Origin: Candidatus Nealsonbacteria bacterium
GTDB lineage: Bacteria; Patescibacteriota; Minisyncoccia; Minisyncoccales; PWPS01
Direction: 5' to 3'
DNA: 64,000 bases
Assembly: GCA_003551845.1 (NCBI GenBank)
Contig: PUNQ01000064.1
Coordinates: 10,649 to 74,648, forward strand
Part shown: in pieces, positions 1 through 8,623 of the stretch
How the letters are laid out: each line of letters opens with the position of its first letter
How positions within the stretch are numbered: position 1 is the stretch's first letter
Translations under genes and position numbers: made by a program
Notes under the pieces: model-generated
The model's database searches: none
Told to the model about the DNA's origin: nothing
Seen by the model: only the letters and a program-made list of their open reading frames with translations

Positions 1-2
1 AC

Positions 3-461
3 ATAAACATCGTTGAAGAAGCACTGGAATTGGATCCAGACTTAGTAGAGGCTGACGGAACGACCAACGTGGGAGTCGCCTCCACCGAGATAGAGCTGGG
101 AACCAGTAATCCTGGTTGGACGATGCAGATAGAAGGAACAAATGAAGGTCTCGAGCAAGATGTAGAGGAAGATCCCTTCTTAATAGATTCTGTCACCGAA
201 CGTACCGAGCTTATTGCCGGAGATGTGGGATACGGTGCCAGCATGATTGGTGTGGGAGGAACTACCGTTCCGGATGCTTACGTTGATGAAGGAGATCACG
301 TGGGCCCGATTTTGGGTGACGCGGCCAACATATTGACCAGTGAAGAAGCAAATGAATTTGAAACTGTCGGAGAGCTTTTCATAAGAGCGGCTGCGAGTGA
401 TATTACTCCCGCCGGTGATTATGAGGATAGCGTAATAATTACCGCCTTTACCGGAACATAA
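3..461 (+). CDS. Secreted beta-rich surface protein, C-terminal fragment (5' end outside window); WxL-like family
   Basis: Frame is open from base 3, so the TTG at 30 in the ORF track is not a real start. C-terminus ...PAGDYEDSVIITAFTGT parallels ...PAGYYNNTLTYIATPTF of 11871..13004. A DUF916-like gene follows, as in WxL/Csc loci. Confidence 0.5.
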   Translation: MNIVEEALELDPDLVEADGTTNVGVASTEIELGTSNPGWTMQIEGTNEGLEQDVEEDPFLIDSVTERTELIAGDVGYGASMIGVGGTTVPDAYVDEGDHVGPILGDAANILTSEEANEFETVGELFIRAAASDITPAGDYEDSVIITAFTGT

Positions 462-506
462 TCTTGACAGAAGGGCTTTGCTCGCCACTCCCTTAAAAAG
501 TTAGAG

Positions 507-1454
507 ATGAAAAAAATTCTATGGAAGAATTCAATGGGACTATTTATAGCCGGCGCTATTTTGTTTTTAGCGGCCGGCTTTACTATGGCCCAGTCGAGAA
601 GAATCGCCGTCACTCCGCTCAATTTTGAGATGACCGTAGAAAGAGGAGAGGCGAAGAGTGATTACATAACAGTTTTAAATCCTTCTTATGAAGACGGTGT
701 GGAGGTGGAGATGACGATAGAAGACATGTTTCCGGAAGGTGAAGAGGGAAGAGTCATTTTGAGCTCTCCGGAAGAAGATTTGGATATTATGGCTATTTCC
801 CGCTGGATTACCTTTGAGCCGAGAGAGTTTTCTTTGGAGCCGAGAGAGCAAAAAAATGTTCGTTTTACCGTCGATGTTCCCGAAAACGCCAACCCGGGAG
901 GACATTACGCCGGACTTATCGCCGGAAGCGGTGAAGCCGAAATCGAGGGCACCGGAGTAACTCTCACCCAGAGAATCGCCTCGCTCGTTCTTCTGACCGT
1001 TCCCGGTGAGATGGTTGAAGATCTTTCCACGGTTGATTTGAGTACTTCCCAAAACTATTACGAATACGGGCCGGTAACTTTCAGCTCCCGTTTTAGAAAT
1101 GAGGGAACCGTTCACCTGCGCCCGGAAGCGACGATTCCCGTAGAGGATCTCTTCGGGAGAGAAGTGGCCGAGATTCCCGTCGAGCCGAGAAACGTATTGC
1201 CCGACGCGACACGAAGAGTGGATTCAAAGTGGGATGAAAACAGGTTGTGGGGGATAAGATACACCGCCACCTTGAACGGAGTTTACGGAATGGACGAAAC
1301 CGCGCTCAATTCGGAAAAGGTCGTCTTCTGGGCTTTTCCCTGGAAATACGGATTGGCCTTCTTCTTGATAATTTTATTTTTCATATTTACGAGAAAAAGA
1401 TGGATTACGATTTTAAAAATTTTGGTGATGGGAGAAAAAGCACTTTCCAAATAA
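507..1454 (+). CDS. Membrane-anchored cell-surface protein, DUF916/DUF3324-like (CscA-like), paralog 1 of 4
   Basis: Signal peptide. IAVTPLNFEMTVERGE..ITVLNP opening strand. RWITFEP..VRFTVDVPENANPGGHYAG motif. Second beta domain (NEGTVHLRPE..). C-terminal TM (GLAFFLIILFFIF). Same layout as 13105, 14162 and 15106. Confidence 0.6.
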   Translation: MKKILWKNSMGLFIAGAILFLAAGFTMAQSRRIAVTPLNFEMTVERGEAKSDYITVLNPSYEDGVEVEMTIEDMFPEGEEGRVILSSPEEDLDIMAISRWITFEPREFSLEPREQKNVRFTVDVPENANPGGHYAGLIAGSGEAEIEGTGVTLTQRIASLVLLTVPGEMVEDLSTVDLSTSQNYYEYGPVTFSSRFRNEGTVHLRPEATIPVEDLFGREVAEIPVEPRNVLPDATRRVDSKWDENRLWGIRYTATLNGVYGMDETALNSEKVVFWAFPWKYGLAFFLIILFFIFTRKRWITILKILVMGEKALSK

Positions 1455-1521
1455 AGATCAGCCGATAAATAATAAGATGTAGAAGACGTTTTACCACCTT
1501 AAAGGTAAAATTTTAGAAAAG

Positions 1522-3246
1522 ATGAAAAGGGAGGGATTAATAAAAAGTAATTTGAATCGCTTCAAGTCTTTTTTTGGAGCGATGTTGGTTTTTCTTCTTC
1601 TCTCTCCTTCTTTAGTTTTTGGCTCCGACGCCGGGCTTTCCCTTTCTCCGTCCGATGGCTCTCATCGGGTCGGAGATACCTTTTCGGTCGATATCGTAGT
1701 CAGCAGTAGCGATGATATTGACACCGGGGGAGCCGTTTTGGAATTCGATTCGGATTTGATAAGAGTTCAAAACGTCTCCGATGCCAACAGCATATTCGGA
1801 ATGTGGCCGGAAGAGCCCGATTTCTCCAACGTTGGGGGAACGATCGAGTTCGCCGGGGGAACTCCCCGTCCTTTCAGCGGTCAAAACGGAAATATAATTA
1901 CCGTAACTTTCAGAGCCGTCGAAGCGGGATCCGCTTCGGTTAGTTTCAGAGAGGGAGAACTTTTGAGGGCGGGAGATGTTTTGTTCGAGGGCAGTGACTT
2001 CGGCCAAGCCACTTATACGATTGAAGAGGCTTCCGAACCCGACCCCGATCCGACTCCCGACCCCGACCCCGATCCGGATCCGACCCCCGGACCGACCGAA
2101 GCGCCGACGCCCAGGGTTGATTCTTTAACTCACCCGGACCAGTATCAGTGGTACTCGGACAGCTCACCTTATTTCAGTTGGGATGTGCCCGGTGAAGTGG
2201 ATGCGGTCAGAATTTCAATGAGCCGAGACGAGGACGAGACTCCCGATGAAGTTCACAGCCCGCCCATAGAAGAGTACGAGGCCGAAAATCTGGAGGACGG
2301 AGTCTGGTTTTTCGCAATCCAGTTTCAATCCGGAGACAGTTGGGGGGATGTGGCAAGAAGAAGAGTTCAAATAGACAATACCCCGCCGGAAGGATTCAAC
2401 TTGGAAGTCGATAATGAAGAAGACCCTCAAAACCCCCGGCCCCTTTTCAAATTTCAAACCAGAGACGAGCTTTCCGGAATAGATTACTACACCTTGATTT
2501 TAAATGATGAAACTTACGCCGAGCTTCAGCCCGAAGAGTTGGAGAACGGATCCTATCGGCCGTCATCCTTACCTCCCGACGAGTACTTTTTGATTGTCAG
2601 GGCGGTTGACAGAGCCGGAAACTCAATAGCTGATTTTATTAACTTTTCCATAGAGCCGATTCCTTTGGAGATAGAGGAAATTGACTTGGAAGTCACTTCC
2701 GGAAGCTACTTCCGGGTTACGGGAACCACTTCTCCGGAGGCCGAAGTGGCGGTATTTATCCGCAAAATTAATGAGGACGAGGCGATGGCCGAAACCGTCA
2801 GAGCCGGTGAAGACGGATCTTTCGATTATCGTAAAGTTTTGCCGGAAGGAACGTACGAAGTCTGGCTCGAAGCCAGAAATCAGCGGGGAGCGCGAAGTCT
2901 GCCCACCGATCCGGAAACCTTGAGAGTGGGAGCCGGCCGAGCGGTAGTCATAGTTTCCATAATTTTGATAGTTTTGATTCTTGCCGGCCTGATAGTCGCT
3001 TGGAGACTCTGGGCTCAGCTAAGCAAGGAAAAGCAGGAATTGGAAAAGGATAGCGATACCGTCAAAGTCAAAAAACAAGCTTACGGAATCCTGGAGGAAA
3101 AAATCAAGGAGCAGATAAGATATTTGGAGGGTAAGGTTGATTTGAGCAGAAGTGAAAGTCGTCTTTTGGAGGAGCTCAGGGAATCTTTGGAGATAACCGA
3201 AGAGGCCAAAATAAAGGAGGATCAAATTGAGGAAAATAATCAATAA
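1522..3246 (+). CDS. Cohesin-like domain surface protein with Pro/Asp linker, Ig-like module, TM helix and cytoplasmic coiled-coil tail
   Basis: Signal (MLVFLLLSPSLVFG). Cohesin-like segment LSLSPS..VGDTFSVDIVV..GGAVLEFDSDLIRV..GGTIEFAGG..GNIITVTFRAVEAGSASVSF. PDPDPTPDPDPDPDPTP linker. DNTPP..SGIDYY..VRAVDRAGN module. TM VVIVSIILIVLILAGLIVAW. Lys/Glu-rich tail. Confidence 0.6.
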   Translation: MKREGLIKSNLNRFKSFFGAMLVFLLLSPSLVFGSDAGLSLSPSDGSHRVGDTFSVDIVVSSSDDIDTGGAVLEFDSDLIRVQNVSDANSIFGMWPEEPDFSNVGGTIEFAGGTPRPFSGQNGNIITVTFRAVEAGSASVSFREGELLRAGDVLFEGSDFGQATYTIEEASEPDPDPTPDPDPDPDPTPGPTEAPTPRVDSLTHPDQYQWYSDSSPYFSWDVPGEVDAVRISMSRDEDETPDEVHSPPIEEYEAENLEDGVWFFAIQFQSGDSWGDVARRRVQIDNTPPEGFNLEVDNEEDPQNPRPLFKFQTRDELSGIDYYTLILNDETYAELQPEELENGSYRPSSLPPDEYFLIVRAVDRAGNSIADFINFSIEPIPLEIEEIDLEVTSGSYFRVTGTTSPEAEVAVFIRKINEDEAMAETVRAGEDGSFDYRKVLPEGTYEVWLEARNQRGARSLPTDPETLRVGAGRAVVIVSIILIVLILAGLIVAWRLWAQLSKEKQELEKDSDTVKVKKQAYGILEEKIKEQIRYLEGKVDLSRSESRLLEELRESLEITEEAKIKEDQIEENNQ

Positions 3247-3257
3247 ATTAAAAAAAT

Positions 3258-3554
3258 ATGGATAATCTGATAATCCTAATAATCGGTCTGACAATAGTGA
3301 TAATATACACGATTTACAGAGTCTCTTTTTGGCGTAAGCGAATCAGGATAGAAACCAAAGAAGCCCAAGATGCGGTCAGTAGCTCTTTTAAGGAATTGAG
3401 AGAAAAGATAGAAAAGAATGTTGAAATGCTCGACAACAAGCCCGGCCTCAGTAAAGAAGAAAAAGAGATCAGGGACAGGCTTCAAGAAGCCCTGGATAAG
3501 TCGGAAAATATAATAAGAAAAGAGATAGACGACATTGAAAAAGAGATAGATTAA
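3258..3554 (+). CDS. Small single-pass membrane coiled-coil protein (paralogous to the tail of 1522..3246)
   Basis: N-terminal TM (LIILIIGLTIVIIYTIY) followed by a charged helix. KELREKIEKNVEMLDNKPGLSKEEKEIRDRLQEALDKSENIIRKE aligns with ILEEKIKEQIRYLEGKVDLSRSESRLLEELRESLEITEEAKIKE of the preceding gene. Confidence 0.55.
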   Translation: MDNLIILIIGLTIVIIYTIYRVSFWRKRIRIETKEAQDAVSSSFKELREKIEKNVEMLDNKPGLSKEEKEIRDRLQEALDKSENIIRKEIDDIEKEID

Positions 3555-3579
3555 TTTTCCGCTTCGGCCACCAAAACAT

Positions 3580-4377
3580 ATGAAAAGATTTATTAAAAAA
3601 AGAAGAAAGATTTTGTCTTTTTTTGCCCTTGTGGGATTTTTTTCACTTGTTCTTTTATTTTTTTCCGGTTCGGTTTACGGACAAAACGTCTCCTTTTCTC
3701 AAGCGGCCACCAATTTCATAGTCGCCGATGAGGAAGCGGAACCGGGTGACATAATCGTCAAGAAGGACGGTGAATTGGTCAGATCGGAAAAAAGATACGA
3801 TCCGGACATACTGGGCGTAGTCGCCACCGATCCGATAATAACCGTCGGTACGGAGACGGAAGAGACTCTACCGATAGTCACCTCGGGAGTAACGACAATG
3901 AGAGTGACCGGAGGGCATGAAGGTATTAGAACGGGAGATTATATAACTTCTTCGGAAATTCCCGGTGTAGGGCAAAGAGCCCCGACTCCCGGATACGTCG
4001 TCGGAAGAGCTTTGGAAAACTTTGACGGAGAAGAGGGAACGATCAGGGTTTTGGTTAATCCCCACGAAGCTCTCTTTGACGTGGAAAGAGAATGGGACGA
4101 GATAACTCTATGGGAGGCACTTGGCAGAATCTTTACCGCCATTGAAAGAGATGTTCCGGAAGTAATTCGTTATATTTTGGCCTTTTTCGTCGCCGTCGGA
4201 AGTTTTATATTCGCTTTCAGGTCTTTCGCTACCGCTTTAAGGGAAGGAATGAAAGGGATAAGCAGAAATCCCTTGGCCAAGGGGAGTATAAAATTTGCGA
4301 TGGTGCTGAATCTTTTGGGTATTTTGATATTGACTTTGGCCGGACTCGGTCTTTCCGTGTTTATTATTCTTTTGTGA
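3580..4377 (+). CDS. Signal-peptide protein: extracytoplasmic beta-rich domain fused to a C-terminal ATP-synthase c-subunit-like TM hairpin (no carboxylate)
   Basis: Signal ...FFSGSVYG|Q. Residues ~70-165 are homologous to the C-terminal domain of 10284..11669. The last ~75 aa are two TM helices joined by the loop EGMKGISRNPLAKGSIKFAMVLN, resembling the R-Q/N-P loop of c subunits. The gene sits immediately 5' of the b-like gene, in the atpE position. Helix 2 has no Asp/Glu. Confidence 0.55.
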   Translation: MKRFIKKRRKILSFFALVGFFSLVLLFFSGSVYGQNVSFSQAATNFIVADEEAEPGDIIVKKDGELVRSEKRYDPDILGVVATDPIITVGTETEETLPIVTSGVTTMRVTGGHEGIRTGDYITSSEIPGVGQRAPTPGYVVGRALENFDGEEGTIRVLVNPHEALFDVEREWDEITLWEALGRIFTAIERDVPEVIRYILAFFVAVGSFIFAFRSFATALREGMKGISRNPLAKGSIKFAMVLNLLGILILTLAGLGLSVFIILL

Positions 4378-4379
4378 TT

Positions 4380-4388
4380 TGATATAAT
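4380..4388 (+). promoter_or_regulatory. Possible extended -10 promoter element (TGaTATAAT) ahead of the b-like gene
   Basis: The sequence tgatataat lies directly after the stop of 3580..4377. No clear -35. Confidence 0.3.
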
Positions 4389-4433
4389 TCAAAAACTTGA
4401 ATTTCATAAAAATTAATTAATTTTTAAATCCTT

Positions 4434-5537
4434 ATGAACATCTCCAGCTACATATTTCCTTTCATTCTCCTGGTCATCTTTTTGGTTATAGTGGAAGTGA
4501 TAATAAGGCTTCTCTTTTTAAGAAAAAAGAATAAAATTTTGAAGGAGGGAAATGAAAAGGAAAAAAAGGAGCTGGTTGAACTCAAAAAGGAAGGAATAAA
4601 ACAGCTCGAAAAGCTGGAAGAAAAGAGAAAAAGAGAACCGGAGCCGGAGCCCAAGCCGGAGCCGGCGAGAAGAGAAGGAGGCAAGGTTGAATTTGATACC
4701 AAAAGAAGAAGAGAAACTCCCAAAATCAGAGTAAGAGAGGAGAAAGAGGAAAGGCTCGGAAGAAGTGAAGAAAAAAGAGAAAGAGAGCCGGAGGAGCGAT
4801 CGTATGACCGGGAAAGAGAAACGGTTTCAGAAAGGGATTTGCAGGAGACTTCCGAGAGAGCTCTTTCCGACTACAAGGAAAAGCTGAAGGATCTGGAAAA
4901 AAAGATGGAAAGAGTCGAGAAAAACTTTCTGGAAGAAGTTTCCAGAGAAAATGAAAAAATTAAAAAAGAGATGGCCGGCGCCGTTGAGGATGAGATTTCC
5001 CGCTGGAAAGAAGAAAACTCAAACATAAGAAACTTTTTGGAAAAGGAGGTTAAAGAAAAGTCGGAAGAAATTTTGGGTAAAATGGATCAGGTTTACAAGC
5101 CTTTGGAAGAGACCGTCAGGAGAAAAGCGGAAAGAGCGGAAAGAGAGATAGAAAATTACAAGACCAAAAAGATGGAAGAGATAGATAAAAATATCTATAG
5201 GATAATAAAGGACGTCTCCAGAAGAGTCATCGGTAGAGCGGTTGATCTTTCCACTCATGAAGACCTGGTTCTGGAAGCCCTGGAGAAAGCTCGGGAAGAA
5301 AATTTCTTTACTCTCGGAAACGGAAGGGAAAGCTTTTCCGAAAGGCCAAAAAAGGAAAGAGCGGAAAAGGAGAGAGTGGTCGGCTTTACCGGTAACGGAC
5401 TTGAAGACGATAAAAGAGAAAGTGATGAAAACGGATTTGAAAGAGGTAACCGAATTAGAATTCAAAACGTCTCGGAGCAAAAAAATAAAGACGACAGAGA
5501 TATCGAAGAGCGCTTCAGAAGATTAACTCAAAATTAA
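4434..5537 (+). CDS. atpF: F-type ATPase peripheral-stalk subunit b-like protein, unusually long (367 aa)
   Basis: One N-terminal TM (YIFPFILLVIFLVIVEVIIRLLFL), then about 340 aa of Lys/Glu-rich coiled coil including EPEPEPKPEP. IIKDVSRRVIGRAVDLSTHEDLVLEALEKA resembles the b-subunit C-terminus. Lies directly 5' of the delta-like gene. Confidence 0.5.
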   Translation: MNISSYIFPFILLVIFLVIVEVIIRLLFLRKKNKILKEGNEKEKKELVELKKEGIKQLEKLEEKRKREPEPEPKPEPARREGGKVEFDTKRRRETPKIRVREEKEERLGRSEEKREREPEERSYDRERETVSERDLQETSERALSDYKEKLKDLEKKMERVEKNFLEEVSRENEKIKKEMAGAVEDEISRWKEENSNIRNFLEKEVKEKSEEILGKMDQVYKPLEETVRRKAERAEREIENYKTKKMEEIDKNIYRIIKDVSRRVIGRAVDLSTHEDLVLEALEKAREENFFTLGNGRESFSERPKKERAEKERVVGFTGNGLEDDKRESDENGFERGNRIRIQNVSEQKNKDDRDIEERFRRLTQN

Positions 5538-5549
5538 AAAAAGCCGAAC

Positions 5550-6317
5550 ATGGAAAAAGTTTTACAAAAACTCTACGGGAAGATAAAAACCAAAGAGGAT
5601 CTCAATTTTTATCTCGGAGAAATAAATTCGGCCAAGGAGTTGCTTTTTAGAAGCGACCAAGCCTCTTTACAAAAAAGAAAAGAAAACCGACTTTTGTCCG
5701 AGCTGGATCAAATTTTAACTCAAACCGAAGACAAAAGGGAAGGTCTTGAAAAAGAAAAAGTCAGCCTGGAAGAAGAAAAAGAAGAGCTTATCCGAAGAGA
5801 ATCCGAGCTCAGCTCACAAAAAAAAGAGATCAGGGAGTTGATGAGAGAGATAAGTGATGAGGAAAAGAGAAGAGTTTTAATCCGAAAAAACAGGGAAGTG
5901 GAAGAAGAAAGAAGAAAGGTGGAAGAAGAGATATGGAATAAGGAGGAAGCCGTTGCCTCATTGGAAAAAAAATTGAAGGAAGCCGAAAAAAACGGATTTT
6001 CCGAGAAATCCGGTGGTCCGGAAAGACCCGAAGAAAAAAGGGCTCTTTTGGAAAAGCTGGAGGAAGAGTTATTGAAGATTCCGGTAATGAAGATGAAGAT
6101 AGCTTTTCGGCCCCGGGAAGAGACGGTTGATAGAATCAGCCGGTGGATTGAGGACAATCTGGAAAGAAAAATCGTTTTGGATATCGGAACGGACCCGGAA
6201 ATAATGACCGGCGCCGTGCTCGAACTCGGTGGAAAATGGATCGATCTCTCTTCGGAAAAAAGATTGGATAAAATCGATATTGAAATTCCGAAAGAAGAGA
6301 TCCGTTATGGAAAATGA
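5550..6317 (+). CDS. atpH: F-type ATPase delta (OSCP)-like subunit with long N-terminal coiled coil
   Basis: C-terminal DPEIMTGAVLELGGKWIDLSSEKRLDKI matches the delta-subunit ..liGG..v..g...iD.S....L motif. The stop overlaps the atpA start. The N-terminal ~170 aa is Glu/Lys coiled coil rather than the usual helical bundle. Confidence 0.55.
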   Translation: MEKVLQKLYGKIKTKEDLNFYLGEINSAKELLFRSDQASLQKRKENRLLSELDQILTQTEDKREGLEKEKVSLEEEKEELIRRESELSSQKKEIRELMREISDEEKRRVLIRKNREVEEERRKVEEEIWNKEEAVASLEKKLKEAEKNGFSEKSGGPERPEEKRALLEKLEEELLKIPVMKMKIAFRPREETVDRISRWIEDNLERKIVLDIGTDPEIMTGAVLELGGKWIDLSSEKRLDKIDIEIPKEEIRYGK

Positions 6318-7785
6318 AAAATTTAAAAAATATTTGGAAAAAACGGGAGAGATCGGCCAAATCTCGGGTGTAAATGAGTCGATAATCTCCGTTTCCGGTC
6401 TTCCGTCGGTAAAAACCAAAGAGATGGTAATTACCGAAGACGGTGAACCGGGCATGGTTTATGAAGTCAAAAAGGACCTCGCCGAGGTCCTTATGTTTGA
6501 TTTGAAAAGGGTAAGTGGAGGAAAAAGAGTGGCCAGAAGCGGTGAGTTTTTTAAAATTCCGGTCTCTCGTGAGCTTTTGGGAAGAGTCGTAAATCCGCTC
6601 TGCCTTCCACTTGACGGAGAAGGGCCGATAGGCGGAAAAAAAGAAAGAAAGAAGATAGAGAGAGAAGCCCCCGGAATTACTCGCAGAGTGGAAGTTAACC
6701 GGCCGATGGAAACCGGAGTAACCGCCGTCGATTTAATGGTCCCGGTCGGTTACGGACAAAGAGAAGTCGTCGTCGGAGACGCCAAAACGGGAAAGACGAC
6801 CCTTCTTTTGCAGGCGATGACCAACCAGGCCAGAAAAGGAACGATTTGTGTTTATGTAGGGATAGGAAAAGAGACCTCCGCCCTGAAAGCGGTTGAAAGC
6901 TACCTGAAAAAGATGAATGTCTTTGAAAAGCTGGTCATGATGGTGTCCGCCTCCAACGATTTCCCGACAGTTCATTATTTGGCCCCCCTTTCCGGGATAA
7001 CCGTCGCCGAATACTTTCGGGATATGGGAAATGACGTCCTTATCGTTTTCGATGATCTCAGTAATCACGCCAAGGCTTATCGTGAACTCTCCCTACTTCT
7101 CAAGAATCCGCCCGGCAGAGAGGCTTATCCCGGAGATATATTTCATCTTCACGCCGGAGTTATAGAAAGGGCCGGAAACATAAAGGGTCCGGACGGAAAA
7201 GAAGTCAGCATAACCGCACTTCCGGTAGCCGAAACCCTGGAGAACGATATATCCGGATTTATCCAGACCAACCTCCTTTCCATGACTGACGGGCATATAT
7301 TTTTTGATATAAATAAGCAGAAAAAAGGGCAAAATCCGGCAATAAACATCTCGTTTTCGGTCTCCCGTGCGGGTAATCAGACCAGGGCGATGCTGGACAA
7401 GGATATAGCCGGTAAGATAAGGGAAAGACTCGTTCAGTACAGAAAGGTTTTGGAAGTCACCCAGTTCGGTGCCGAATTGTCCGAGAAAAACAGGAGGGTT
7501 TTGGACTTCGGAAGGAAGATAGAGACGATCTTCGAACAGGACACGGACAGGATAATATCCCGTATAGAGCAACTCTTCCTCTTCGGACTTCTCTTTTCCG
7601 GATTTTGGAAAGATGTTCCCCGGCAGGCGATGGAAAAGGAGATCGATATAGTTTTGAGTCTTTTAAAAAAAGGTGAAGTGATTACCTTCGAGGAGCTGGA
7701 AGAAAGAATAAACCGGATGGAGAATGCTGAAGAATTGAAGGATTTTTGTGAAGGAATCGGATTAAGAATGGAAAAATTCGTATAA
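6307..7785 (+). CDS. atpA: F1 ATPase alpha subunit
   Basis: P-loop VVGDAKTGKTTLL. VFDDLSNHAKAYRELSLLLKNPPGREAYPGDIFHLHAGVIERA. Start chosen at ATG 6307 (MENEKFKKYLE...) rather than the ORF-track 6229. Confidence 0.9.
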   Translation: MENEKFKKYLEKTGEIGQISGVNESIISVSGLPSVKTKEMVITEDGEPGMVYEVKKDLAEVLMFDLKRVSGGKRVARSGEFFKIPVSRELLGRVVNPLCLPLDGEGPIGGKKERKKIEREAPGITRRVEVNRPMETGVTAVDLMVPVGYGQREVVVGDAKTGKTTLLLQAMTNQARKGTICVYVGIGKETSALKAVESYLKKMNVFEKLVMMVSASNDFPTVHYLAPLSGITVAEYFRDMGNDVLIVFDDLSNHAKAYRELSLLLKNPPGREAYPGDIFHLHAGVIERAGNIKGPDGKEVSITALPVAETLENDISGFIQTNLLSMTDGHIFFDINKQKKGQNPAINISFSVSRAGNQTRAMLDKDIAGKIRERLVQYRKVLEVTQFGAELSEKNRRVLDFGRKIETIFEQDTDRIISRIEQLFLFGLLFSGFWKDVPRQAMEKEIDIVLSLLKKGEVITFEELEERINRMENAEELKDFCEGIGLRMEKFV

Positions 7786-7792
7786 CAAAAAA

Positions 7793-8623
7793 ATGGCAAA
7801 ACCACGCGAAATAAAAGAAAAAGTAAAGGCCGTTTCGGCCATAGAAACGATAGCCGTTACCTATCAGGAGGTTTCTCAAAACAAGATGAATGAAATCAGG
7901 GAAACGGCTTTGGGAAACAGAAAATTCATAGAAAAGCTTTCTCTGGTTTACGCCTCCGCCAAGGACGCCTATCTAAGGGACAAGGAAGAAGAGATTGATC
8001 TTTTGGCCGGAAAAAAGGATGCCGAAGTGGTCGTTTTTATCTCCGCCAACGCCAGATTTTACGGAGCGCTGATATGGAAGGTCTGGGTAGAGCTCAGGGA
8101 TTACTTGCAAAAAAATCGAGCCGAACTCGTCGTTTTGGGGGAAGTCGGAAAGTTCATGGCTGAAAACGCCTACGGCGATGAGTTTGAATATTTCGATATC
8201 GACGACGAAGAGCCCGGTGAAGATCAGGTTAAAAAATTGATAGACTTTATAGAAAATTACAAAAAGATAACCGTTTTTCACGGAAAGTTTAAAAACATAC
8301 TCAACCAGGAAGCGGCAATAACCGACATTTCCGGACAAATCTCCGAGAGGGAAGCCAAAGAGGAAGCCAGCTATCTTTTTGAGCCGTCGCCCAAAAAAGT
8401 TTTGGAGTTTTTTGAAAAGGAACTGATAACCGCCTTTTTCAATCAATCTTTTTTGGAGCACAGGCTCTCCCGGCACGCTACCCGGATGGTTGCCATGCAC
8501 AGAGCCAGCAATAACGCCCAAGAAGAGATAGAAGGGTTAAAGCAGGAAGAAATTAGAATGAAAAGACGCCTTTTGGATAAAAAACAATTCGAAATTACCA
8601 CTCCCTATCAATTATGGAAATAA
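7793..8623 (+). CDS. atpG: F1 ATPase gamma subunit (divergent)
   Basis: 276 aa lying between alpha and beta. [28 protein letters not shown] matches the gamma N-terminal helix pattern. ...[15 protein letters not shown] matches the conserved m.AM..A..NA segment. Confidence 0.8.
   Translation: MAKPREIKEKVKAVSAIETIAVTYQEVSQNKMNEIRETALGNRKFIEKLSLVYASAKDAYLRDKEEEIDLLAGKKDAEVVVFISANARFYGALIWKVWVELRDYLQKNRAELVVLGEVGKFMAENAYGDEFEYFDIDDEEPGEDQVKKLIDFIENYKKITVFHGKFKNILNQEAAITDISGQISEREAKEEASYLFEPSPKKVLEFFEKELITAFFNQSFLEHRLSRHATRMVAMHRASNNAQEEIEGLKQEEIRMKRRLLDKKQFEITTPYQLWK

Noticed and set aside
1489-1515. Hairpin TTTTACC-accttaaa-GGTAAAA + TTTT between 507..1454 and 1522..3246, as a possible terminator.
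   Set aside because: The stem is AT-rich, 7 bp long with only 2 GC pairs, and probably too weak. It was not listed as a feature.
3258-3554. Whether this ORF could be the missing ATP synthase a subunit (it sits in the atpB position).
   Set aside because: It has only one TM helix in 98 aa and no R..N stator motif or 5-TM bundle. It resembles the cohesin protein's tail instead.
6229-6306. The upstream start given by the ORF track for atpA. Similar N-terminal extensions appear at 14096, 16446, 28031, 38145, 39817 and 55434.
   Set aside because: The extensions overlap the preceding gene or promoter and add non-conserved residues. Internal ATGs give canonical N-termini or signal peptides and typical 1-12-nt gene junctions.
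4448-6455. Long antisense ORFs within the b-like and delta-like genes (for example 5019..5480, 5720..6157, 6069..6455).
   Set aside because: The sense strand is Lys/Glu-rich coiled coil, and its complement gives Phe/Ser/Leu-rich open frames automatically. They have no independent support.
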